Below are positions 8,959 through 17,207 of a DNA stretch of 18,364 bases, piece by piece. Below the pieces are notes generated by a model, which was given only the letters and a program-made list of their open reading frames with translations, ran no database searches and was not told the origin of the DNA. Numbering within the stretch: position 1 is the first letter of the stretch; each line of letters begins with the position of its first letter. Source of the stretch: an uncultured Nitrososphaerota archaeon (GTDB lineage Archaea; Asgardarchaeota; Njordarchaeia; Njordarchaeales; Njordarchaeaceae); contig CAZFGR010000030.1 in NCBI GenBank assembly GCA_964518475.1, positions 1-18,364 on the forward strand, in the 5' to 3' direction. The translations under genes were made by a program, and so were the position numbers.

Positions 8959-9122
8959 AGTAGCTCATAATTTTGCAGTATAGCGAACTTAGGCAATCTT
9001 TGTAATTTTAAGAATTATCAACGAAAATGTTTTCTTCTTTTTAAGGTAGGAAATAAATAAGCTCTAAGTAAGTCAATGAAAGGCTAAAGCTGTGTATCTT
9101 GTTTAGAAAAATGGGTGAAGAT

Positions 9123-12100
9123 ATGAAAAATCATACAAGGAGAAGTCTCGGGATACTATTTCTTATTCTTCTCGTAATCCCCACCGTTGCTACGTTATCT
9201 ATACCGCTTCGAACTCTCAACTTGGAGAGGAGATCGATTAAGAAAAATTTTCCTGTGTTTCGTGATGAAGCATTTTTGCAATCCTCTTTCCCCTTTGATG
9301 TCGCTGTGATATCTTGGAGCTATCCTACCGAGACCGCATTATTTAGTGTCGGAGACGTGGATGAAGATCCCTATTTAGAAGTTGTTTTAGCTAATACCTT
9401 GGATAATCTCAGCATCCTTGATCCATACAGATTAGAGACATCAAAAGACTTTTCATGGAGGATTTCCAGATTATTCGTTGGTGATGTCGATCAGGATAAC
9501 ATTAGTGAGGTTGTGATCTTCTCGTATAGTGATCAATTACTTAGCATATGGGATGTAGTTACTGGAGAAATAGCATCCTGGCGTGTAGAAGGAGTTACGC
9601 CAGAAACAATGGTGCCTATCCATAGTTCTGATGGATACTTCGCCATAATTTTTGCAAACAAGACGCACATTCTGATGCTTAATTATAGTGGGCTCTTCCT
9701 TTTGCATAAATTTGAATCGCCTCGAACGATCTGGAGAAGCGGTGTAGCTGATGTTGATGGTGACTCTTCATTAGAGTACATTTTTTCAACAAAAGACGGT
9801 GAAGAGGCAAAAATAGTAGTGTATGATTTTGATTCTCAAGAATTGTTAGAGATAAGTACTTCGACAGTATATTCTGCTAATTTGTTAAGAATTGATTTTG
9901 ATGGAGACTCTGTCGATGAGGTCTTCGCCTATTCAGCAACCACTTTTGGTTTAGTAGATAATAATGCTGAGAGATGGGTAGAATCAGCTAACGGAACAAT
10001 CATTGGAGCTGACATAATTGATGTTAATCAAGACGGTTTAATGGATATAGTTTTGTCAATAGAGAATAATGGATTGATAATAGTTCGTTATCCTCAAATT
10101 ATTGAGAAAATATTTGATCCATTACAGACAGTTCCAGTTGTAGCGGATTTTGATGGAGACAAATCCTTTGAAATCGCTGGGTTCTGCAATAATAAATTAG
10201 TTCTCGTCAATACTAGCGGAGAGATAGAGTATTCGTACCCAGAGACACTTCCTCCCTATGGGCAGTTCATAAAGGCGGCCGATTTAGAAGGTGACGGGTT
10301 AATAGATATTATAGCACCATTCACTTACTGGGGAACGGTTAAAATCGGGGAATTTAGATTTATAAGACTTCCTTTCAAACCCATCAGAATAAGCGATCAA
10401 TTCTCTTTACCCATCACGTATAACGTGAGCGAGTATCATGACTATAATGCATTAACAAGTATTTTGACAGAACTTTCTAATAGATACCCTAGCAAGGTAG
10501 AGGTATCTGCGATAGGTGAGTCATGGCAGGGGCGAAAAATATGGTTAGTAAAGGTAACTAATGGAGATGGCGTTGAGAAACCAGCAATTCTCTGTATAGG
10601 TGCTCATCATGCTAGAGAATTCATAACTGTAGAAAATACTCTCTATACTATAATGGTACTGATAGCATTGTATGGAAAGGATCCAGTAATTACTCAATTA
10701 CTAGATAATTTCGATTTCTACTTCGTACCGATGCTGAATCCAGATGGTGTAGAAATAGCCCTTAAAGCAAATGATTGGCAGAGAAAAAATGCTAGACCGG
10801 TCGATGATGATGGTGATGGGAGAGTAGATGAGGATCCACCAGAAGATCTCAACGGTGATGGGTTGATAGACGTTATATACGAGTATAGCGAAGCAACGGG
10901 CCAATGGATACTTAATTATGAGGGGATAGATAACGATGGTGACGGTAGGAGCGGAGAGGATTGGATAGGAGGAGTAGATCTTAACAGAAATTACGCATTC
11001 GATTGGAGCAATGAGGAGCTCTATGGAGAGAAGTCGTCAGAAATATATGCAGGACCAGAACCCTTGTCAGAACCCGAAACCCAAGCCTTAGATGAGTTAA
11101 TGAATACTACAAGGCCTCTCCTAGCTATTTCTCTCCATAGTGGTACTAGAGCAGTACTTTCCCCATTTGCTATCAATTATACATTACCTTTTGAACAAGA
11201 ACTATTTGTCGAATTAGCGGGTTTGGCGTCCTATGTCAGCGGTTTTCCAGCTATGCAACTATGCACACTTTACGAATCCTATGGATCATGGGATGATCAC
11301 GCCTATGGCTACTACAACATATTCTCGGTAACTATAGAAACTTTCCGGAATGATTCAGCTTTCACTTATATTTTCGAAAAAGGTAAGCAAATACTAAGAG
11401 GATATAGATGGTATTTTAATCCAGAACCAAGCAGGATACCCGAAGTAAATGAGATTGTTGCAGAGACCTTTATTAATGTAGCCCATTGGATGCTTAAAAA
11501 AATTCTAGCAGATCAAAAACCACCAGAGATAACCTCAGAGGATATCAATGTTGAACTACACCATAATTACGTGATAATAAGTGCAAGACCAATAGATTAT
11601 GAATCTGGTATTCATAAAGTCTTAGCGAGAGTTAAGACGAGCGAGGGAATTAAAGAGGGAGAAATGTTTAAAGATATTGAACACAGAGTTTGGGTCACGA
11701 GAATAGATTCTATAAGTAATATGATTGAGGAAGTATATATAATTATAGAGGACAAAGCTGGGCACGTTACGGAATTCTCCTTAAGTAATGTGACAGATAA
11801 TATCGGACCAGACTTGGTAAAACTCTGGTATAAACCGAGAAAGCCGAGAATCATTGATAAGATCAACGTGTATGCAATAGTTAAGGACTTCTCAGGGGTG
11901 AAAGAAGTTGTTCTGCAATATTCCATAGCGGGAACTAATAATTGGTCTAACATCACCATGGTTTATGAAGAAGATAAAGATTATTACATTGGTACTATTC
12001 CAGCACTAGTAAACATTTCCTCTGGAATCCCTACTGTTAATGAGTCATCGGCAGTAGTTGAGTTCAGAATAATGGCTGTGGATGTGTGGGGAAATCCAAG

Positions 12101-12518
12101 TAAGTCAAAGACTTTTATTATTCTAGTTTCTTCGGATCTGGAAGGACCCGAGATCTCTGTAAGACTCGTACCTCGGGCACCGTCAATGTTTGACTCAGTC
12201 AAGGTCTATGCAGATATCAGTGATAAGAGCGGAGTGGATAAGGTAATCATGAGTTATTGGAATGGTAAGGAATGGATAAACGTCACGATGGAGAGGATAG
12301 ATTACTCGACGTATCTCGGAGAAATACCGCCTCTTAAAGCGTTTACGAAGGTAATAATCAGGATAATAGCTAACGACACTGTGGGTAACAAATCCGTAAA
12401 AAGTCTCGAATACATTGTAAAACCCCTGCCTCTGAGATACATGATAGTGGCAATAATCACAATTGTAGCGATTCTGATAGTTCTTATCTACTATCGTCGC
12501 GAGAGAAGGAAGAGATAA
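9123..12518 (+). CDS. Surface-anchored M14 zinc carboxypeptidase with N-terminal FG-GAP/VCBS-repeat propeller and C-terminal Ig-like repeats
   Basis: Signal peptide and seven (G/A/I)D(V/F/L)xxDxxx(D/E)hh repeats. M14 motifs IGESWQGR, HARE, PMLNPDG, RKN, GVDLNRNY, SEPET, SLHS and TIE. Three DxxxPxh...DxSGV repeats, then a TM and RRERRKR. ATG 9123 is preceded by GGTGA at 9114-9118. Confidence 0.9.
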   Translation: MKNHTRRSLGILFLILLVIPTVATLSIPLRTLNLERRSIKKNFPVFRDEAFLQSSFPFDVAVISWSYPTETALFSVGDVDEDPYLEVVLANTLDNLSILDPYRLETSKDFSWRISRLFVGDVDQDNISEVVIFSYSDQLLSIWDVVTGEIASWRVEGVTPETMVPIHSSDGYFAIIFANKTHILMLNYSGLFLLHKFESPRTIWRSGVADVDGDSSLEYIFSTKDGEEAKIVVYDFDSQELLEISTSTVYSANLLRIDFDGDSVDEVFAYSATTFGLVDNNAERWVESANGTIIGADIIDVNQDGLMDIVLSIENNGLIIVRYPQIIEKIFDPLQTVPVVADFDGDKSFEIAGFCNNKLVLVNTSGEIEYSYPETLPPYGQFIKAADLEGDGLIDIIAPFTYWGTVKIGEFRFIRLPFKPIRISDQFSLPITYNVSEYHDYNALTSILTELSNRYPSKVEVSAIGESWQGRKIWLVKVTNGDGVEKPAILCIGAHHAREFITVENTLYTIMVLIALYGKDPVITQLLDNFDFYFVPMLNPDGVEIALKANDWQRKNARPVDDDGDGRVDEDPPEDLNGDGLIDVIYEYSEATGQWILNYEGIDNDGDGRSGEDWIGGVDLNRNYAFDWSNEELYGEKSSEIYAGPEPLSEPETQALDELMNTTRPLLAISLHSGTRAVLSPFAINYTLPFEQELFVELAGLASYVSGFPAMQLCTLYESYGSWDDHAYGYYNIFSVTIETFRNDSAFTYIFEKGKQILRGYRWYFNPEPSRIPEVNEIVAETFINVAHWMLKKILADQKPPEITSEDINVELHHNYVIISARPIDYESGIHKVLARVKTSEGIKEGEMFKDIEHRVWVTRIDSISNMIEEVYIIIEDKAGHVTEFSLSNVTDNIGPDLVKLWYKPRKPRIIDKINVYAIVKDFSGVKEVVLQYSIAGTNNWSNITMVYEEDKDYYIGTIPALVNISSGIPTVNESSAVVEFRIMAVDVWGNPSKSKTFIILVSSDLEGPEISVRLVPRAPSMFDSVKVYADISDKSGVDKVIMSYWNGKEWINVTMERIDYSTYLGEIPPLKAFTKVIIRIIANDTVGNKSVKSLEYIVKPLPLRYMIVAIITIVAILIVLIYYRRERRKR

Positions 12519-12591
12519 TAATTTCTTTCTAATTTTTAAATAGTTATTGCTACTTGCTGAAGCATCCGTGTTATGGTGAGGTGTTCATTCC

Positions 12592-13614
12592 TTGGCTGCG
12601 AACTTGCTATCACTCTTAAAAGTTGGAAAATATGTGCTAAGGAACAGGATTGTTCTCCCCCCTATGCAAGCGGATCTAGCGACAGAGGAAGGTTTAGCTA
12701 CGGAAGCACATGTTAAGCATTATGGGAGGTACGCGCGTTGGTGTGGTTTAGTAATAGTTGAGCACACAGCAGTATCGCCTGAGGGGCGTTATTCGAGAAA
12801 GCAGCTGGGAATTTGGAGCGATAAGCATATTCCCGGACTAGCTAAGATAGCAAAAGCTGTGCATGATGAGGGTGGAGTAGTAGTTATTCAACTAAATCAT
12901 GCTGGTGGAAAAGCATCACGCGAAGTGACGAATAGTTCGCCAAAAGCACCTTCCAGTGTACCTTTAGAGTTTTATCCCGAAACGCCTCGGGAGTTGAGTT
13001 TAGACGAGATAGAGTCCATAATCAGGAAATTTGGAGAAGCTGCGGAGAGAGCATATAGTGCGGAACTTGATGGAGTTGAGATACATGGAGCGCACGGGTT
13101 CTTGCTTTCTCAATTCTGGTCCCCTATAACTAATAGGCGAAAAGACGATTATGGGGGATCACTAGAAAATAGAATGAGATTGCCCTTGGAAATTGTTAGG
13201 GAAGTAAGAGATCGATTACCTAGGGATTTTCTCCTCCTTTACAGATTAGGGGTCACGGATCTTAGAGATGACGGAGTTAAAGTGGAGGAAAGCATCGTTT
13301 TCGCGAAGAAGCTTGAGAAAGAAGGTGTCGATATTATAGATGTGAGTGGAGGCCTATGCGGTTCTCGACCGAAGGAGTTAGAGGGTGTTCAGGGGTATTT
13401 CATTCCATACGCGCATGAAGTGAAAAAGAATACTAATATCCCAATCATAGGAGGAGGTGGGATAAGAGATCCATTAGTAGCTGACAAATTCATTCGAGAA
13501 GGAAAAGTTGACCTAGTGTACGTGGGACGAGCGCAGTTAGAGGATCCAGAATGGGCGAGAAAAGCAATAGAGATTCTCAAGAACAAGTATTCCCAGTTTT
13601 CTAGTCAGGGTTAA
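12592..13614 (+). CDS. NADH:flavin oxidoreductase, Old Yellow Enzyme family
   Basis: LRNRIVLPPM, QLNHAG, DGVEIHGAHGFLLSQFWSP, NRRKDDYGGSLENRMR and GGGI...DLVYVGR. GGTGAGG RBS at 12575-12581. Confidence 0.93.
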   Translation: MAANLLSLLKVGKYVLRNRIVLPPMQADLATEEGLATEAHVKHYGRYARWCGLVIVEHTAVSPEGRYSRKQLGIWSDKHIPGLAKIAKAVHDEGGVVVIQLNHAGGKASREVTNSSPKAPSSVPLEFYPETPRELSLDEIESIIRKFGEAAERAYSAELDGVEIHGAHGFLLSQFWSPITNRRKDDYGGSLENRMRLPLEIVREVRDRLPRDFLLLYRLGVTDLRDDGVKVEESIVFAKKLEKEGVDIIDVSGGLCGSRPKELEGVQGYFIPYAHEVKKNTNIPIIGGGGIRDPLVADKFIREGKVDLVYVGRAQLEDPEWARKAIEILKNKYSQFSSQG

Positions 13615-14527
13615 GGGTTTTATTTAGAAACACTTCTAAGCCTCTGTACGGTATTCTCTTAGGTATTAGATGAGTACCATCGCATGATGGAGCGTTAAAA
13701 TAGGTCTTATCAATGATGTTTTCTCTACATGTCGCGTACGACAACCCTTGTTTCCTAGCTTCATCAACTACTGGGAACAATAGCTTTTTCCTCAATTCAA
13801 TAGGCAGGAAAGCATAACTTCTCGTAATTTTTCCGGTCGGATAATATAGTTTTTTCCACTTCTTTTCAAGTTCTGGGAACTCATTTATCATCCTCGCGAA
13901 ATTATCCGGTCTTGCCTTATAAGTTGAGGTAACAACATGCTTAGCTCCAATACTAGCAACGACCCGTACTAACTCTCTGAGAGAGTGTTCATCATCATTT
14001 AGGAAGGGGATTATGGGATCTATTCTAACAGAGAAGGGGACTTCATGCCCGGCCAATTTCTCCAAAGCTCTTATTCTTGCACTAGGTAAGGGGGCGTAAG
14101 GCTCTATCCTCCTGGCTAAGGAATCATCTAAAGTAGTGATAGTAACGCTAACAGCCGCGTTGTATTTTTCTAGAAGATCGATATCCAATAGGAATAAATC
14201 ACTTTTAGTAGTTATTTGGATCCTTAGTCCGAGAGGAAGAAGAACTTTTAAAACTCGTCGAGTTAGTCTCAAAGTTTTTTCGCAGGGAGGATAGGGATCA
14301 CTGCTTAGACTCATATCAATAGGTCTTCGAGGATTAATCCTACGCAGATCATTGAATAATCGTTCAATCAAATTGTTTTTCGGAGTACTGTCTCTATAAC
14401 CTATATAAGACGTGGCGTAACAATAGAGACATTTATGAGAGCAGCCCGTGTAGGGATTTATTGTGTATTTCACGGGACATGTGCAGAGTTTACTTTTCCA
14501 GGGATCAAATAATGTCAGGACAGACAC
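13601..14527 (-). CDS. Radical SAM protein, SplB/COG1533 (spore photoproduct lyase-like) family
   Basis: INPYTGCSHKCLYCYA (CxxxCxxC), SDPYPPCE, ITTKSDL, IEPYAP and RIDPIIP. GGTGAGG RBS at 14538-14532. Confidence 0.9.
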   Translation of the reverse strand: MSVLTLFDPWKSKLCTCPVKYTINPYTGCSHKCLYCYATSYIGYRDSTPKNNLIERLFNDLRRINPRRPIDMSLSSDPYPPCEKTLRLTRRVLKVLLPLGLRIQITTKSDLFLLDIDLLEKYNAAVSVTITTLDDSLARRIEPYAPLPSARIRALEKLAGHEVPFSVRIDPIIPFLNDDEHSLRELVRVVASIGAKHVVTSTYKARPDNFARMINEFPELEKKWKKLYYPTGKITRSYAFLPIELRKKLLFPVVDEARKQGLSYATCRENIIDKTYFNAPSCDGTHLIPKRIPYRGLEVFLNKTLNPD

Positions 14528-14732
14528 TAATCCTCACCATTAAAATACACTCTAGTAAACACTTATTTGAACATCATCGTGATGCGCTTGATGTTTGAGA
14601 GGATTGGGATACACATATGTAATTCATTACACATTTAAACGAATACTACTATACAAATCGTTCAAATAATCTTTATTCTAACGTAGGCAGAACATCTTTG
14701 TTGAAAAATTCTTTCTCTAGGGGTGAGAAAAC

Positions 14733-15275
14733 TTGAGCAAGAAAGTGATTGGTATTCTTCTCGTACTACTAATAGTAGGGGGTAGCATATTCTTTCTTCA
14801 AACACAGAAAGTCACCATAGCTATTCTAACTGGTCAAGTATCATACGGAGGAGGGACTAGCATAACTATACAACAAGTAGGATTCTCTCATCTACTGAAC
14901 CTCGAAGTCAGAAATATTTCACGATTAGAATATTTCATGACTAAACGTGGTACGCCCAGAGTCACGGAGTCACGCCCAGTACAGTTACCAAACGTAGTTA
15001 ACCTAACCATAAAATTCAAATTAATCACTCCAACAAACACTGCCCTCGCTTTCGAACCACTAAAGATCGGTAAAGGAGGAACACACAACTTCGAACTAGT
15101 AATAGGCCCTGCTGAAGGACTAACGTCTCCAGGAACGTTCCACCTAATCATAGAATTCCACCTGATAGTCACAACCCCAACAGGAACAAAAGTAGTGGAT
15201 ATCCAGAGAACAATTGAAATAACCTTCACAGTTCCAAAAGGCACCGTCAGTATGAGAGAAATAGCACAATCCTAA
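14733..15275 (+). CDS. Hypothetical membrane-anchored or secreted beta-rich protein
   Basis: GGTGA RBS at 14722-14726. N-terminal KK + hydrophobic helix, then alternating beta-strand patterns and N-x-S/T sequons (NIS, NLT). T-rich tract downstream. Confidence 0.75.
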   Translation: MSKKVIGILLVLLIVGGSIFFLQTQKVTIAILTGQVSYGGGTSITIQQVGFSHLLNLEVRNISRLEYFMTKRGTPRVTESRPVQLPNVVNLTIKFKLITPTNTALAFEPLKIGKGGTHNFELVIGPAEGLTSPGTFHLIIEFHLIVTTPTGTKVVDIQRTIEITFTVPKGTVSMREIAQS

Positions 15276-15396
15276 CTTTTCCTACACCTATAATTTTTTA
15301 TACAAAATTCGAACAAATTTCTTTAAATAAAGTAAAAATCCCGCAAACATACTTCATAAACGCATAAGAACCATTGCTTATATGGGGTTTTATTGA

Positions 15397-15702
15397 GTGG
15401 TCTCCAAGAAAATAATTAGAAAAATAATTGATAAAAAACAAGACCTCCCAGAAAAGTACTCAAGGATAAAAGCACTAAGCAAATTTGACTTTTCTAGGGT
15501 AATGGAGTTTGTTGTGAAGGAGTTTCTCGAAGCTAATAAGAAGGGAAAAGAACCAAGTATTGACGCCGTCTCCAAATATGTTCCAGATATAGCCCGGGAA
15601 ATTCTTGAAGAATTCTTCGAATTTACCAAGGCTCTATTTGAGTGTTGGAAAGAACACGGCGATAAACTCGACGCCATAATGAATTGCCTAAAAGGAGAAT
15701 AG
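15397..15702 (+). CDS. Hypothetical small charged helical protein
   Basis: 101-aa ORF with protein-like K/E-rich composition. G-rich SD-like run at 15384-15387 and a TATA-like TTTAAATA at about 15322-15329. Confidence 0.65.
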   Translation: MVSKKIIRKIIDKKQDLPEKYSRIKALSKFDFSRVMEFVVKEFLEANKKGKEPSIDAVSKYVPDIAREILEEFFEFTKALFECWKEHGDKLDAIMNCLKGE

Positions 15703-15758
15703 CGAAGAATTAACGCCAAGAAAACTATGAAGCTCAGAGAACTGGAATACGGGAAGTA

Positions 15759-16202
15759 TTAAGGCAGCATCTGCAAAGCCTCTTCGGGCGTGAATATTTC
15801 TAGCTTACACCTTGTCTCTTTTGTAATTAAATTAAAGTGGGATACATTCCTGGTAACAAGCGGTATCTCATTTCTGCAACATATAGCTGCTATAAATACA
15901 TCCCTCAATCCCACTAGTTTCCCCTTCTTATGCAACATCGCGTCAATTTCTGCAGCAATCCTAGCAGATTCAGCATCAAGAGGCAACACAGTAACCCACA
16001 ACAAGAATGTTCTTACATCATCCAGCTCTTTTTCATACCCCCCATAACTTGGGCCATATATCAATTCATACACAGTTATGGATGTGACAAAGAATCGAAC
16101 CCTATCCCGCGATTCCCTGATCAATTTACTCGCTGCGGAACTCTGATCTTTCAAGAACTCAATAACAACGTCGGTATCTAAACAGAGTTCCAGCGCTTCC
16201 AC
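15759..16202 (-). CDS. vapC: VapC toxin (PIN-domain ribonuclease)
   Basis: PIN acidic motifs LDTDVVI, ITVYEL, LRDVFIAA and VTRNVSHF. Overlaps the upstream antitoxin gene. Confidence 0.92.
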   Translation of the reverse strand: MEALELCLDTDVVIEFLKDQSSAASKLIRESRDRVRFFVTSITVYELIYGPSYGGYEKELDDVRTFLLWVTVLPLDAESARIAAEIDAMLHKKGKLVGLRDVFIAAICCRNEIPLVTRNVSHFNLITKETRCKLEIFTPEEALQMLP

Positions 16203-16408
16203 CTCTCCCTAATTACTTCGAGCAATTCCTTAACATCAACACTTTCCCAACTACCAGCCAACTCATCCAACTTCTTAACCTTTTGAATAATAATCTCATC
16301 GCCCTTCAGAGTAATCTTTACGTAATCCCCCTCTTTTATCCCAAGCTTCTTTGCTATCTTACTCGGAATCGTTATTTGCCGATTCCTAGTAACTTTGACA
16401 ACAGCCAT
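16178..16408 (-). CDS. vapB: AbrB/MazE/SpoVT-type antitoxin
   Basis: VKVTRNRQITIPSKIAKKLGIKEGDYV is the AbrB signature, with an LAGSW tail. GGTGAGG RBS at 16419-16413. Directly upstream of the PIN gene. Confidence 0.92.
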   Translation of the reverse strand: MAVVKVTRNRQITIPSKIAKKLGIKEGDYVKITLKGDEIIIQKVKKLDELAGSWESVDVKELLEVIRERWKRWNSV

Positions 16409-16898
16409 AAGTCCTCACCACTCACTAACAATTCCTAACTATTAACAATGTTCTCTACTAGATATAAAATTTCTACTATAAAATGAGTTGGCTACTATAA
16501 TATAAATCATTAGTAAGAAAGAACAAACATTTCAATTGTTTCTCAGTATTTTTGAGAGCTTCAGGTTGGGCCAGAATAGTGAACACCACTCCATAAAAAT
16601 AACTACTGAGGTACAATTACTCTGAAAGGCACACGAAAATTCCCGAATAGCTCTGTTCTTCTCAAAATAGTTTGAAATAGTCAAATGAACGGGCTCTATT
16701 TTAGGCTCTTACTCGTTTTTTCTTTCTCACCGCTCCATTGCTAATCATTGATTAAGATAGCCATACGACTTCATCGACTACTGAATACTAGTGTAGATCC
16801 AGCGGTACAAGTTCTACAGAAATGGTACCCCTAACACCCACCAGTTCAAAATTTCCAAAAAAGACATTCCGCTACATGTATTTCTCTAATGATAAACA

Positions 16899-16928
16899 TT
16901 TATAACATAATTACGTAATTACATAATA
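16899..16928 (+). promoter_or_regulatory. TATA box plus operator of the second vapBC operon
   Basis: TTTATAA (16899-16905) runs into 3x ACRTAATW (16905-16928), which contains the palindrome TAATTACGTAATTA (16908-16921). Confidence 0.6.
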
Positions 16929-16955
16929 ACTAATGAAATTCAGAAGGAGTTAGTT

Positions 16956-17207
16956 ATGAAAAATAAGTACACCACGATACCCGTTACAATAGAGGTAAAA
17001 ATGATTCTAGAAAAGATAAAGGGGAATCAGGACTGGAGCAGCTTTCTAAAAAATCTCGTAGAGGAATACTTAAGGCTCAAGAGAATAATTGCGGCGCGTG
17101 AACTCCAGCTAAGATTTAGTGAGGAAGTGGAGAAAGCCTTGATGGAGTCAATACGATCCATGAGAAAACTAAGAATGAGGGAGATATTTGGTGAAGATAG
17201 CCATTGA
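16956..17207 (+). CDS. vapB: Putative VapB antitoxin (ribbon-helix-helix-like)
   Basis: YTTIPVTIEVKMILEKIKGNQDWSSFLKNL fits the archaeal RHH-like antitoxin pattern. AGGAG SD upstream; overlaps the downstream PIN gene. Confidence 0.8.
   Translation: MKNKYTTIPVTIEVKMILEKIKGNQDWSSFLKNLVEEYLRLKRIIAARELQLRFSEEVEKALMESIRSMRKLRMREIFGEDSH

Noticed and set aside
6251-13586. Antisense ORFs inside tldD, tldE, the M14 gene and the OYE gene
   Set aside because: Fully nested opposite conserved genes, with the Ser/Leu/Phe-rich composition typical of reverse-frame artefacts.
14683-14690. CGTAGGCA shared with the tldD upstream region (6023-6030)
   Set aside because: A single 8-bp match with no consistent spacing to the start codons; insufficient evidence.
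16504-16890. Pseudogene or ncRNA in the spacer between the two TA operons
   Set aside because: The frames I partly translated by hand gave only short peptides with no recognisable motif, and I saw no tRNA-like or repeat structure. A tBLASTx/Rfam search would be needed to exclude it.
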